Source: an uncultured bacterium (GTDB lineage: Bacteria > Patescibacteriota > Dojkabacteria > SC72). From it: a stretch of 64,000 nt of DNA. The stretch lies in contig CAIVJR010000005.1 in the NCBI GenBank assembly GCA_903906305.1, forward strand, positions 6,485 to 70,484. The letters run 5' to 3'. The notes beneath the pieces were generated by a model. It worked only from the letters and a program-made list of their open reading frames with translations. It ran no database searches and was not told the origin of the DNA. The translations under genes were made by a program, and so were the position numbers. How positions within the stretch are numbered: position 1 is the first letter of the stretch; the number at the start of each line of letters is the position of its first letter. Shown piece by piece: positions 38,191 to 47,964 of this stretch.

Positions 38191-40578
38191 TTAACTGACA
38201 ACTTTTCGTTTGTCCATCTTAACTTTTTCAGTGACGTAGAAGTTTCGCTTAAAAGCAGATTGACCTAGCATCATCTCTGTTTGTGCTTGAACATATGGTA
38301 TGAATCCGAAGGTAAGCATATTTACTGTAACTAAGAATGTCTCTGCGAAATCTAGAATATGTCTCCACCACTTCCAACTCTTAGGTACAGGTGTGATCAT
38401 CCTTCTAAATATGACAATCGGGATATTAGTAAGAGTTATTACTGTGAATATGTAGCTAAGTGCTTTCTGAAGATTATATGCCAATACTGTGTACTGGTAA
38501 CTTGGGCTAAGCCATCCCATTATTGTAAGTCCAAAGGCAAGTATGAAAACGACTGTTAGATACCATATTTGGTATTCAAATATGCTTTTGAGCATAAACA
38601 ATTTTCTATATACTGGGAATTCTTTATTCTTCTGAAATAGCGCTGCCATTGTTATTGGGACATTAACAGTACCCCAGCCCCATCTATGTTGTTGCTTGTA
38701 AAATGATACATGAGATTTTACATATGTTTGGTTCTCTACTGCGTCATTGTATGTAGGAATATATACCTCTTGGCTCTTAAATGTACCATTGGTTCTTACC
38801 ATCGCATTCCAGTAAAAAGCGGTATCATCATTTGCTATCTCTGGATTCCAATACTCCAAATTGTGTAGTGTTTTTAGATTTACAATATATGATGAGAATG
38901 TGTCTCTGACATACATGCTCTCACCCACAAATGGTATCTTCTTCAATTTATCCACTACCCAGTTTTGCAAAAGCACCAATGTCAGCATATTTGATTGAGC
39001 TCTAATCAATGATGGTACATGCCAAATATTATTATTAAATGTATGTAGAGCACTCGCATAGTATCTATTGTCTCTTTCGTCAACCGTTAGATATTTATAC
39101 AGTACTGCTGAAAGATATTTTGGATGTGGTCTAAGATCTGAGTCACAGGATATTAACAAATATTTTGAAATATCCTTTCCTTCTTTCTCAAGATCCATAA
39201 CCAAGTGTCTACCAGCCCAGTTAATATTTGCACCCTTAACTCCTGCAACTTCTCCTTCAATATCCGCAGGATGTATGTAATACCTTATACTTCCAAACCT
39301 GTCTCCATATTTTTGTTTGAGCACTTTTAAATTTTCCAACTGTAGCTCTGATTTCTTTTCTTCCATAGCCATGACTACATCTATCTTTTCTGCTCCGATA
39401 TCACTGTTTGCCCATGCCTCGAATGATGGCTCTAAGACATCAAGCGTCTCACCATATACTGGGCATAGATATATATATCGAATTGTCTTGGCCTCTTCAC
39501 CAACCTCTTTTTTAATTTTTTCTACCCAATCGGTAGATGTCTCTTGCTTTACCCTACGAAGTCCAATTGCGATTCCAGCGATGAACTTAACCGATCTAAG
39601 TAACCAATATGCCACTAAAAAGGCTACATATATTGCAAAAGCTTGATTCCATCTCAGTAATGCAAAGATTACTGGGAAGAGAATAAATAGCCACGTAAAA
39701 AAACCAGGTACTATTTCAAGTATTCTTCGAAGAAGATTTGGTGTTCCCGTAGGAAAGCCATCTACCCTATCATGTGGTTTAAATGGATTTTGAAACTTCA
39801 CAACTCCTCCCAAAGTTCCATACCAGCGGGTACTTACTTTGTTTAATTTGTATCCTAATTTTTGAGTGAAGTGAAATCTTGCAAGATTTACGGATACAAG
39901 CCCCGTCAAAGCTGCAGCATATTCTCTAAGACGAGAAGATAGTCTTCCATCTCTATCCTGTCTTTCATTAACGGCTACACCTATCCCCTTATTAATCACC
40001 CTATACTTGTATCCTCTACTCACAATCTTTTGGATCATGAGGGTATCTTCCATATATTTGAAATCTACAACAAAGCCTCCAACTTCCTCAAAAGCTCCTC
40101 TCGTTATGATCATTACTGTACCCCAATCCCATTTTAATCCCGGTAATGGAGACATTGCACTGATATCTTTCGCAGCATTTATAGCTTTGATCGAAAGTAC
40201 CTTACTAAATGATTTTTCTCCTGTATATGCAAAATGACATGTTGCACAATCCAATTCTTTTTCAACAAATATATCCACTATTTCCTTTAGATCTGTTTCT
40301 CCTAGTAATTGTACATCTGCATCTAAAAATACAATGATATTCTGAGTAGAAGCATTAAATCCGTTATTTCTTCCTACAGATATTGGCCCTCCTTTTACTA
40401 CCTTTGCACCATATCCTCTTGCTATCTTAATGGTATTATCCTGAGACCCTGCATCCGAAACTATGACCTCTGTTGGTTGGTATATCTGTTTCTTTATACT
40501 CTCCATTAGAGCTGTAATATTCTTCTCCTCATTCTTTGTCGGTATGACTATGGATACTGGCAATATTTTATTTTCCAT
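38191..40578 (-). CDS. Fusion of two GT2 glycosyltransferase domains, membrane-bound
   Basis: N-terminal SIVIP.KNEE, FLDAD, GGF..ED; second domain CPVYGE, KGAN, DSD, DD, QQHRW. Confidence 0.9.
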   Translation of the reverse strand: MENKILPVSIVIPTKNEEKNITALMESIKKQIYQPTEVIVSDAGSQDNTIKIARGYGAKVVKGGPISVGRNNGFNASTQNIIVFLDADVQLLGETDLKEIVDIFVEKELDCATCHFAYTGEKSFSKVLSIKAINAAKDISAMSPLPGLKWDWGTVMIITRGAFEEVGGFVVDFKYMEDTLMIQKIVSRGYKYRVINKGIGVAVNERQDRDGRLSSRLREYAAALTGLVSVNLARFHFTQKLGYKLNKVSTRWYGTLGGVVKFQNPFKPHDRVDGFPTGTPNLLRRILEIVPGFFTWLFILFPVIFALLRWNQAFAIYVAFLVAYWLLRSVKFIAGIAIGLRRVKQETSTDWVEKIKKEVGEEAKTIRYIYLCPVYGETLDVLEPSFEAWANSDIGAEKIDVVMAMEEKKSELQLENLKVLKQKYGDRFGSIRYYIHPADIEGEVAGVKGANINWAGRHLVMDLEKEGKDISKYLLISCDSDLRPHPKYLSAVLYKYLTVDERDNRYYASALHTFNNNIWHVPSLIRAQSNMLTLVLLQNWVVDKLKKIPFVGESMYVRDTFSSYIVNLKTLHNLEYWNPEIANDDTAFYWNAMVRTNGTFKSQEVYIPTYNDAVENQTYVKSHVSFYKQQHRWGWGTVNVPITMAALFQKNKEFPVYRKLFMLKSIFEYQIWYLTVVFILAFGLTIMGWLSPSYQYTVLAYNLQKALSYIFTVITLTNIPIVIFRRMITPVPKSWKWWRHILDFAETFLVTVNMLTFGFIPYVQAQTEMMLGQSAFKRNFYVTEKVKMDKRKVVS

Positions 40579-41190
40579 TTACTTTATCTTTTTAAATATA
40601 TTTAGAACAAAAGCTTGGATCTTCTTTTCAAATGTTTTGTATACAATGAACATTATAACAGCTATGAGGAGGATAATTCCCATAGCTTTAAAGATGTCAT
40701 ATACCTGTGTAAATTGACCTACTCCTTTTCCAACCATGTATCCTATGAATGATAGCGAAACAGCTCTAATACCAGCCACAACTACTGCATATCCTAAAAA
40801 TTTTGGAATACCCATAGCCTTCATCTTACCCATATACAGAATTCCCGGAATAGCCAAAGGTCCTGCAAATTTCACCAACATTAATGTAATACCTGGATGC
40901 TTCTTGTATGCTCCTTCTATTGTCTTTATGAAATCACTATTCTTACTATCTGTTAATCTTTTTACAATGTTAGTATCTGAAACTTTATGTCCAAGTAAGA
41001 AATAGAACATGTCTACTATCAATTCTATGACTATTGCAGCTCCTGCTATTATCCAGATATTGAGTAATCCACTTCCTGCTAATGTAGAAGCTATGAAATT
41101 GGTTGATGATCCATCAATGAAAAACATCAAGAATATGACAGGGTATTTGGCGGTTGAAATTATTTGTGTTATTAGTGCAACAAGATCCAT
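40579..41190 (-). CDS. DedA/VTT family membrane protein
   Basis: D..YF.LG, G.....KF, G...M...KF DedA-like pattern. Confidence 0.8.
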   Translation of the reverse strand: MDLVALITQIISTAKYPVIFLMFFIDGSSTNFIASTLAGSGLLNIWIIAGAAIVIELIVDMFYFLLGHKVSDTNIVKRLTDSKNSDFIKTIEGAYKKHPGITLMLVKFAGPLAIPGILYMGKMKAMGIPKFLGYAVVVAGIRAVSLSFIGYMVGKGVGQFTQVYDIFKAMGIILLIAVIMFIVYKTFEKKIQAFVLNIFKKIK

Positions 41191-41271
41191 AGCTTTGTTA
41201 TATGTATATTCTTATGGAATTCACAATGATACTAATTACTAAGGATATTTACAAATATCCCGTATGTATAT

Positions 41272-41302
41272 AAAAAACAAAACCGAGCGTTTCCGCTCGG
41301 TT
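41272..41302 (-). terminator. Rho-independent terminator
   Basis: AACCGAGCG-gaaa-CGCTCGGTT then T-rich tail on the minus strand. Confidence 0.88.
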
Positions 41303-41327
41303 ATGATACTAACAATTTGCAAAAGAA

Positions 41328-42011
41328 TTATTCAGTTATTGCTTCTTTAACTTCTTTAGCTTTCTTTACTACCTTCTTTGCTGTTTTCTTAACTTCCTTA
41401 ACTACTTCAGCAACTTCTTTTTCGATAGCTTTCTTAGTAGCTTTAACCTCTTTAATAGGTTCAAGAATACTAATAATCTTGTCTAATTTCTTGTTTAAAG
41501 CTTCAATATCAGCTTTTAGATTTCCACAATCACAGCTAGAGTTTCTGTTTCCACCTCTATCATTGCTCTTGTTTCCTTCTTTACCTTCGAAACATTTACT
41601 ACAATAGATTGGTTTGTTGCTAGATGGTTTGAATGGAACCTGACATGTTTGTCCACATTCATCACATACTGCTTCAAACATTTCTTTCTCTTCTCTGTCT
41701 CTGAATCCACCTCTATCAAAGCTTGGTCTTCTCTCCCTGCTTTCAAATCTTCCACCTCTGTCATCTCTTCCACCGTCTTCTCTCTTTGTTTCAAAACATT
41801 CACTACAGTAAATTGGTTTGTCTCCAGATGGTCTGAATGGGACTCTACAGTCCTTTCCACATTGATCACATACTGCATCAAACATTTCTGGTCTATCTCC
41901 TCTTCCACCACCACCAAAGCTTCTACCTCCACCACCAAAACTTCTACCACCTCCACCGAAGCTTCTACCACCACCTCTGCTACTTCCACCTGATCTATTA
42001 AAGTCTCTCAT
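41328..42011 (-). CDS. CxxC-x17-CxxC domain protein (two domains) with RGG-rich N-terminus
   Basis: MFDAVCDQCG...VPFRP...PIYCSECF twice; (RSFGGGG)x3. Confidence 0.9.
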   Translation of the reverse strand: MRDFNRSGGSSRGGGRSFGGGGRSFGGGGRSFGGGGRGDRPEMFDAVCDQCGKDCRVPFRPSGDKPIYCSECFETKREDGGRDDRGGRFESRERRPSFDRGGFRDREEKEMFEAVCDECGQTCQVPFKPSSNKPIYCSKCFEGKEGNKSNDRGGNRNSSCDCGNLKADIEALNKKLDKIISILEPIKEVKATKKAIEKEVAEVVKEVKKTAKKVVKKAKEVKEAITE

Positions 42012-42104
42012 TGTATATATTTTTCTTTTAATTTTAATACGGACAGTAGTGAGTATATTCTAAAATGATTAGAATAACAAGGATGGGATATATATGGGGT
42101 ATGG

Positions 42105-42151
42105 TTGTTAAAAGAAAAACGACACCCGTGTTTGTTTGCACGGAGTGCCGT
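42105..42151 (-). terminator. Terminator, copy 1 of duplicated element
   Basis: ACGGCACTCCGTG...CACGGGTGTCGT-TTTTCTTTT. Confidence 0.8.
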
Positions 42152-42172
42152 TTGTTCTTTTTATTCAGTTGC

Positions 42173-42580
42173 TTATTGCAGGGAGATATTTCCAGTTCTC
42201 CATAAATCGAGGATCGATTGTTTTACTTCTTCAGTATTCGCCAACAACAAAATATGTTTGGTAAATTTTGAACTTGGATCTTTACCGGATAGAACAAGAG
42301 AAAAGCCTGTAATCTCTTTTAATGCATCGACTAACTCTGAGGAAGCTTTTGATCTCGAATGGAGAGCACAGAAGCCTGCCTCTTGATGCATGGATAGATA
42401 GAAGACGCTATTCCCTATTGTTCCATTCCAATCTTTGTTTTCGTTTTTAAGTACAAGTTTTCCATACCAAGTATCCCATCCTTTTCTTACAGGAATACCT
42501 TTTTCTTGAAGTTTTTCTACTACTTGATCCCAAGTTAGATACATGATTTTCTCCTTTACGCTTGATACTGGCTTTACCAT
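42173..42580 (-). CDS. Hypothetical protein, W-x2-V-x3-L-x3-G paralog family
   Basis: AGGAG SD; TWDQVVEKLQEKG; alternative start at 42544. Confidence 0.7.
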   Translation of the reverse strand: MVKPVSSVKEKIMYLTWDQVVEKLQEKGIPVRKGWDTWYGKLVLKNENKDWNGTIGNSVFYLSMHQEAGFCALHSRSKASSELVDALKEITGFSLVLSGKDPSSKFTKHILLLANTEEVKQSILDLWRTGNISLQ

Positions 42581-42612
42581 GATTTCATCTCCTATTTTTT
42601 GATATCCACAAG

Positions 42613-42757
42613 TGGATAAAATTTTAAGTGTAATAGTTTCTTACACCCCAAATAATATCCACATGTACATATATCGCAACTGTTAAAGAACAAACAAGAT
42701 TGAAAATGTGTAATACACATATATTTATATAATCCTGCTATGACAATGATTATATCT
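42613..42757 (-). repeat. 145-bp promoter/leader element, copy 1
   Basis: TATAAT, boxA-like TGTTCTTTAACA, long hairpin; homologous to 43759-43903. Confidence 0.88.
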
Positions 42758-42802
42758 AAAATAGTAGCAGAAATCCACACTATGGGGTTTCTACAGTATT
42801 GT

Positions 42803-42848
42803 TTGTTAAAAGAAAAACGGCATCCCATGTTTTTGCACGGAATGCCGT
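42803..42848 (-). terminator. Terminator, copy 2 of duplicated element
   Basis: ACGGCATTCCGTG...CATGGGATGCCGT-TTTTCTTTT. Confidence 0.8.
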
Positions 42849-42872
42849 AGTCCTTTAAAAAAGTTGTGATTG

Positions 42873-43370
42873 TTATACCATGAATTCTTCCACTCCCTTG
42901 AAATGGTCTTTTAACCATTCTATTCTGCCAGCACAATATTGACATCCCCATTCATAAGTTAAAGTACGTAATTGCTTAACAAGGTACTTTAAGTTGGGCT
43001 TAGGAAGCGGTAATTGCTTTCGAGTATTTTGGAGATGCTTCATTGCGGTATCGATTGCAGGGATCATATTCCTAAATGAGGGGAATCTTGTAAGATTGAC
43101 TTCCTCAAATTCGGAAATTAATGATACAAGCCGCTCAATAGCAGCCTTCTTTCGCTTACTTCTTGGGGCCGTAATCATAAGCATAGCGCTGCCATCGTAC
43201 GACAGGAGAAAGCAATAGTTTAATCTTTCGATCCGCCCCATTCCTGAAGAATTTCTCGCCAGGTAATCGTCCCTACGACGTACGGTAAAAACAATACCTT
43301 CTGCTTTCAATCTTTGCTGGATCTCAAGCCAATGTATCTGTTTCCGATCTACAAACTTTATTTCTTCCAT
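42873..43370 (-). CDS. Hypothetical protein, same paralog family
   Basis: AAGGAGG SD; HWLEIQQRLKAEG; C-terminal CxxC. Confidence 0.75.
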   Translation of the reverse strand: MEEIKFVDRKQIHWLEIQQRLKAEGIVFTVRRRDDYLARNSSGMGRIERLNYCFLLSYDGSAMLMITAPRSKRKKAAIERLVSLISEFEEVNLTRFPSFRNMIPAIDTAMKHLQNTRKQLPLPKPNLKYLVKQLRTLTYEWGCQYCAGRIEWLKDHFKGVEEFMV

Positions 43371-43424
43371 CCTAGCCTCCTTCCGTATCCTATTAGCTCA
43401 ATACTTTTAATTCCGTTACATCCA

Positions 43425-43733
43425 TCATTCCTTTGAGAACCTCCAATCTTGCAGCTTTTTGTTTTCATAGATTACAAATGGATTACTTTTCAACATAGTT
43501 TCAGCTACTGCCTGAACGAATGGATCTCCAACGGGAGAATTGGGATTCGAAAGTTCCTTAATTACTAAGGTACACGTCGAGGTTCCATCCAACCAACAAA
43601 GTGTAAACCGATTTCCATCCAAATATCCACTTACTGTGGTTTCTGGATTTACATCAGTTATTACCTGCATCCCTAGAGATACAAGCTTTTTACGCACTTC
43701 TTCCCACTTGACTTGCGACATCTTTTTGAACAT
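43425..43733 (-). CDS. Hypothetical protein, same paralog family
   Basis: AAGGGG SD; KWEEVRKKLVSLG. Confidence 0.75.
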   Translation of the reverse strand: MFKKMSQVKWEEVRKKLVSLGMQVITDVNPETTVSGYLDGNRFTLCWLDGTSTCTLVIKELSNPNSPVGDPFVQAVAETMLKSNPFVIYENKKLQDWRFSKE

Positions 43734-43758
43734 TGTCTTCCCCTTCCTTTCGTTATGA

Positions 43759-43903
43759 TGGATAAAATTTTATCTGTAAAAATTTCTTACAGTACAAAAT
43801 AATATCCACATAACTTTTTCTCACAACTTTTTAAAGAACAAACAAGATTGAAAATATGTATATACATATATTTATATATCCTGTATAGACAAGGATTATA
43901 TCT
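43759..43903 (-). repeat. 145-bp promoter/leader element, copy 2
   Basis: TATAAT, boxA-like TGTTCTTTAAAA, long hairpin. Confidence 0.88.
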
Positions 43904-43943
43904 CAATGTATGTAGAAAATCTATATTATAGGTTTATACTCCC

Positions 43944-44351
43944 CTACTTCTGTGTTACCACCAAATACAAAGCAACAACATAACACAATGTTATGACAAT
44001 GAATGCAGCTAACATCCCATACTGTAATGCAGGATTCATAGATCCTTGGGGATATACTATCTGGAATACCAATCTAGTTAACCAAAGGGTACATGTAGCT
44101 CCAAGTAATACCATCATAGAGTATTTGTTTACCTTACCACTGTATATTAGAAGTATATTCATTACTCCAAACAATACCAATGAGAGTGAAAAGAATACAT
44201 TGATAGCTCTAACAGCTACGATTAATTCTGTAGCCTGAGTATCGATATATGAATACCATTTCCATAGCTTTGGTACAAAAAAATGCCATATACCAAAACC
44301 AATAGATACACTACTACCAATTGTTACCAATATTTTTGTTATTAAATCCAT
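43944..44351 (-). CDS. 4-TM membrane protein
   Basis: GIWHFFVP..W.W motif, hydrophobic. Confidence 0.8.
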   Translation of the reverse strand: MDLITKILVTIGSSVSIGFGIWHFFVPKLWKWYSYIDTQATELIVAVRAINVFFSLSLVLFGVMNILLIYSGKVNKYSMMVLLGATCTLWLTRLVFQIVYPQGSMNPALQYGMLAAFIVITLCYVVALYLVVTQK

Positions 44352-44355
44352 CTGA

Positions 44356-44787
44356 CTATTTTACAGGTAATATCTGATATTCGAAGGTATATCCACCACT
44401 CTTAGCTACTCCCTCTACCTTACTTCTAATATCTTTGTAATCAAAGGTATATTCATATTTCTTACCAAATAGATCAGATTGTTCTTGTATATTACCCTCT
44501 CTACCACCGTTCATAGTGTTGTATGTTTCTGTTTTAAAACCAAATCCAGTAGACATACCATCATCATATCCTCCTGATGTAAATCCACTTCCTGCTTCCA
44601 TTAACATTTCAGAAAATTTTACAACCTTAGTATCTTCCTCTATTCTCATCTTAAATGAATATGTTAATTTCTTTGTAGAAAGGAATGCTTTTCTTTCTGC
44701 TATTGTTGATTTAAATTCATAGAGGCCTTTCTTTTCAGACCACTCTCCACTGTAGCTGTCTAGAGATTTTTTAATATCGTCGATCAT
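44356..44787 (-). CDS. Hypothetical protein
   Basis: 143-aa ORF in an operon-like array. Confidence 0.75.
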   Translation of the reverse strand: MIDDIKKSLDSYSGEWSEKKGLYEFKSTIAERKAFLSTKKLTYSFKMRIEEDTKVVKFSEMLMEAGSGFTSGGYDDGMSTGFGFKTETYNTMNGGREGNIQEQSDLFGKKYEYTFDYKDIRSKVEGVAKSGGYTFEYQILPVK

Positions 44788-44805
44788 ATTAAATAGATTA
44801 ATAAT

Positions 44806-45492
44806 TTATTTTACTAAAACTTTTTTGTTCTCCTTCACACCCTTAATCAAAAGCCATAGCGTAAGAGAAACCTCTGCAACGAAACCAATAGCCATACATA
44901 CTATTGAAACTGTTCCCAAACTTGGGAAAAGAAATTTTTGGCAAACATATATCATGAGGGCAACACCATCTACCGCTAAAATTATGCCTAAAGCTTTAGG
45001 AAGGAAACCCGATTTGAATACTAGATACCCTAGAGGGAATAGCCAGAGTCCAAATGGAACTTGAGCTGCAACCGCCCCTATTCTACGCAGATCAATGAAT
45101 AGCATGGCCTGTGCCTGTAACTGATCAGGTGTAAAGACTTTAAGATAGTCTACCCCACTCAAAAACATTTGCCCCGCAAACAGACTTAACAAGCTAAAAT
45201 TCCATATTGCAAAACCTGCAAAGTTTAAAAGTAAAAATAGCAATGCTAAGTTCTTGTTAACAGGTTTTAGTAGTACATACAAAGCCCAAGCTGCGAAAAG
45301 AAAAATTGCAGCTGAGAATAGACTAATTACAAAACCAATGCGGAATGAAGAATCATTGGTCATTATGTTATTGACAGTTTCAAAGGCATCTGAGAATACA
45401 AATTTCCCAAATATATCTGCAACTATGGATGTCACTACGTACAGCAAATATAGCCCTCCTGCTATTCTTGCAATTTTGTTAATCGGACTCAT
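44806..45492 (-). CDS. DUF4386-like membrane protein
   Basis: ARIAG.LYL, LY.LLKPVNK, FG.W...GYL.FKSGFLPK.LG, E....LWLLIKG; ATG at 45492 after AAGGAG. Confidence 0.85.
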   Translation of the reverse strand: MSPINKIARIAGGLYLLYVVTSIVADIFGKFVFSDAFETVNNIMTNDSSFRIGFVISLFSAAIFLFAAWALYVLLKPVNKNLALLFLLLNFAGFAIWNFSLLSLFAGQMFLSGVDYLKVFTPDQLQAQAMLFIDLRRIGAVAAQVPFGLWLFPLGYLVFKSGFLPKALGIILAVDGVALMIYVCQKFLFPSLGTVSIVCMAIGFVAEVSLTLWLLIKGVKENKKVLVK

Positions 45493-45511
45493 TTTTCTCT
45501 CCTTTATTAAA

Positions 45512-46174
45512 TTATTTAGTTTGCTCTGTTCCATAAATCCCAAACAAATCATATGGTTTCTCTTGGAATCTGTTATTCATAAAGTAGCCTAAAACAAAGA
45601 TAAGCACAATGAAAACGAACAATATAAATGATTGAACTTTAGATATCTTTTGAATATCTTGTTTTGACTTAACTTCACAAACTTCACCAGGACAGTATTG
45701 TGCCTTCTCCTTAAAAAAGAGCGGATAAAATTTACAACCTAAACAAATTCCAAAGACTGATTCAAAGAAGAGGAATATGAGACAAGTAAGACAAGTAATG
45801 CTCGCAATTGGGCTATATGCATTTATGATAATGAAATGGACAAACATTGTGCTTACTAATACTACACCAATTACCCAAGCAAACTTCTTCTGAGCCGCTC
45901 CTACATATTCAGGGGTTTGGTTTCTGACAACCCATCGTCCAAAGATTAGGAATGGTGAGTATTTGGGATTTATGAAAACCCTTATAACAAAATCTACAAG
46001 AAAAAGAGTTATGACATACTTAAGTGGCACAAAGTTCTCCTGAAACAGGATAAACATCCATGATATGAAGGCAGCCAAGAACATTATTCCTGCGGCGGCT
46101 CGTATTTCTCGTTCATTTAGAACTCGAATGTTGTAACCTTCTACATCTTCACCGAATTGAAATATTTTTTTCAT
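45512..46174 (-). CDS. DUF4395-like membrane protein
   Basis: NERE.RAAAG, QKKFAW.IG, FESVFGICLGC..Y, CPG..C. Confidence 0.85.
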   Translation of the reverse strand: MKKIFQFGEDVEGYNIRVLNEREIRAAAGIMFLAAFISWMFILFQENFVPLKYVITLFLVDFVIRVFINPKYSPFLIFGRWVVRNQTPEYVGAAQKKFAWVIGVVLVSTMFVHFIIINAYSPIASITCLTCLIFLFFESVFGICLGCKFYPLFFKEKAQYCPGEVCEVKSKQDIQKISKVQSFILFVFIVLIFVLGYFMNNRFQEKPYDLFGIYGTEQTK

Positions 46175-46722
46175 TTTGAAGTAGTTATAGATTTATTAAA
46201 TCCCTTTATCATTAACCATCCTGCAAGGAATAGTTCATTGGTTATGATGAGAACCATTAGTACATCTAATATTGGTGAGGTTATTCCTACCAATTTTGCT
46301 ACATTGTTTATCAACAACATCCCACATGCTACTAGACCCCATATAGATATGAAGCGTGGTACGAGTTTAGTTTTGAATAACAGGATATAGAACAGGAATG
46401 CACTTATGATAAAGACATAGGTTTGTGGGTAGTTATATATCCAACTTCTCCAATCTGTAGATAAATTACTTAAAAGAAGTATTCCAGCTGCAATCATCAA
46501 TGCTCCTTCTAAAACCTTCATTGCTATATATCCAATGGTAAGTCCTTTGTTTGAAGTTTTAAAGAAAGGGAATAATAATATTGTGATGCCAATTACTGCT
46601 AATCCACTGATTACATCTAGAAGTGTTGTTACCCATTTTATATCTGTAACTCCGCTAGCAAGCATGCTGTATGCTACTAGGATTAGGATTCCTACAATTA
46701 TTGCCTTTGTTCTATTACTCAT
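46171..46722 (-). CDS. DUF4386-like membrane protein (short)
   Basis: LFKTKLVPRFIS.WG, E..LA.WL..KGF. Confidence 0.8.
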   Translation of the reverse strand: MSNRTKAIIVGILILVAYSMLASGVTDIKWVTTLLDVISGLAVIGITILLFPFFKTSNKGLTIGYIAMKVLEGALMIAAGILLLSNLSTDWRSWIYNYPQTYVFIISAFLFYILLFKTKLVPRFISIWGLVACGMLLINNVAKLVGITSPILDVLMVLIITNELFLAGWLMIKGFNKSITTSK

Positions 46723-46791
46723 ACCTTTTTAAATAATATTATTTGTCTAATATTGCCAAAGAAAAGTATGGGAGTCAATAAAGGTAAAAAA

Positions 46792-47232
46792 CTATTGTTT
46801 GATATATTTCAATATTTTCTCCAATACACCATCTAGGTTCTCCCATGAAAGTATCTTTAATCCTTCTTCTATACCCATCCATAATATCTCCATACCAGAA
46901 TCTGATTCTGCATTGGTTAATACTCTTTCTATCTTCTTCGCACTCTTTAGTATAGCTAGGAAATAGTGGTCTGTTTTATGTACATCCTTATTCCAAGATA
47001 ATATGTAATCATTTATACCTACTGGTTCTATTATCTGTATATCACAATATCCTGTTTCTTCTGATGTTTCTCTCTTAGCTGCTTCTTCTAATGTTTCCTT
47101 TCCTTCTACATGTCCCTTAGGTAATACATATTTCTCTTCACCTTGTAATTTGGTTCTATGTATTACTAAGAGCTCATATCTATCATTATTCTTTCTTAAG
47201 AGATAACAGCCTGCAGATGTGTGTTCTTCCAT
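46792..47232 (-). CDS. NUDIX hydrolase
   Basis: LPKGHVEGKETLEEAAKRETSEETG Nudix box. Confidence 0.95.
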   Translation of the reverse strand: MEEHTSAGCYLLRKNNDRYELLVIHRTKLQGEEKYVLPKGHVEGKETLEEAAKRETSEETGYCDIQIIEPVGINDYILSWNKDVHKTDHYFLAILKSAKKIERVLTNAESDSGMEILWMGIEEGLKILSWENLDGVLEKILKYIKQ

Positions 47233-47301
47233 ATGATTAATTATATTCCCTTTGTTATATATTTGCGATATATTTAAGTAATAAGATTATAAAATATATC
47301 T

Positions 47302-47898
47302 ATGCCAAAGAAAAAGAAAAGTCAGAAACGTCCTACGCTTCTCATAATCTCCATGTGTATCCTTGCATTAATATTAGTTGGTGTATTCATCTTCATATAT
47401 GGATCAACCATGATGAATACTGAAAATGATTTTTTGAGAATAGATAAGTCAATAAAAGATAAATCTGTAAAAGATACAATCACCTATGTTCTACCCTCAG
47501 GTTGGACAGAGGATACAGAGGCTTCATATTTGAAAGAGACAGAAGCTGTACTTCTTAAGTCTGGTGACTACAAAGAACCTACAACAATTACCTCTGCGGA
47601 TGGAAACGGTATTAGCATGCTTGTAAATGTCTCCCCTAGATATAGATTCCAAACATTGTCATCACAGAAATGGGATTTAAAGGGTAGTGGTTTTTCTAAC
47701 TTCACAGATATATCAATAGATGGTATCTCAGGTATTAAGTATGAACTTATACATAGTGAGGACTATTTCTTGCAGTATTTCTTAATAAAGGATAGATATA
47801 CCTTACAAATGAATATTGCCAATTCTAATCATACTGATATAGAAGATAAGTATTGGAATGATATTAACTCGGTTATCAATTCTATACAGTTTAAATAA
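47302..47898 (+). CDS. Membrane-anchored extracytoplasmic protein, PsbP/DcrB-like fold suspected
   Basis: ATG CCA AAG at 47302 and TAA at 47896-47898 read on the PLUS strand (the track says minus); N-terminal TM, LPSGW, INSIQF end. Confidence 0.8.
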   Translation: MPKKKKSQKRPTLLIISMCILALILVGVFIFIYGSTMMNTENDFLRIDKSIKDKSVKDTITYVLPSGWTEDTEASYLKETEAVLLKSGDYKEPTTITSADGNGISMLVNVSPRYRFQTLSSQKWDLKGSGFSNFTDISIDGISGIKYELIHSEDYFLQYFLIKDRYTLQMNIANSNHTDIEDKYWNDINSVINSIQFK

Positions 47899-47910
47899 CT
47901 GAAGAATTCG

Positions 47911-47938
47911 GCCGATGGCTTGTTAAAAAGCCATCGGC
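47911..47938. terminator. Hairpin between convergent genes
   Basis: GCCGATGGCTT-N6-AAGCCATCGGC. Confidence 0.8.
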
Positions 47939-47964
47939 TTAATCTTGTAAATCTTTTTAGACGA

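Noticed and set aside
41516-41989. 157-aa Val/Glu-rich alternative-frame ORF inside the CxxC gene
   Set aside because: Frame-shifted reading of GGT/AGA/GAA-rich low-complexity codons; no independent start signal
42592-42951. 119-aa ORF across the duplicated leader and terminator
   Set aside because: Runs through a terminator and promoter, and I saw no counterpart in the second copy
47302-47898. ORF-track label placing the 198-aa protein on the minus strand
   Set aside because: MPKKKK reads directly from the plus strand at 47302 and ends at TAA 47896-47898; annotated as plus
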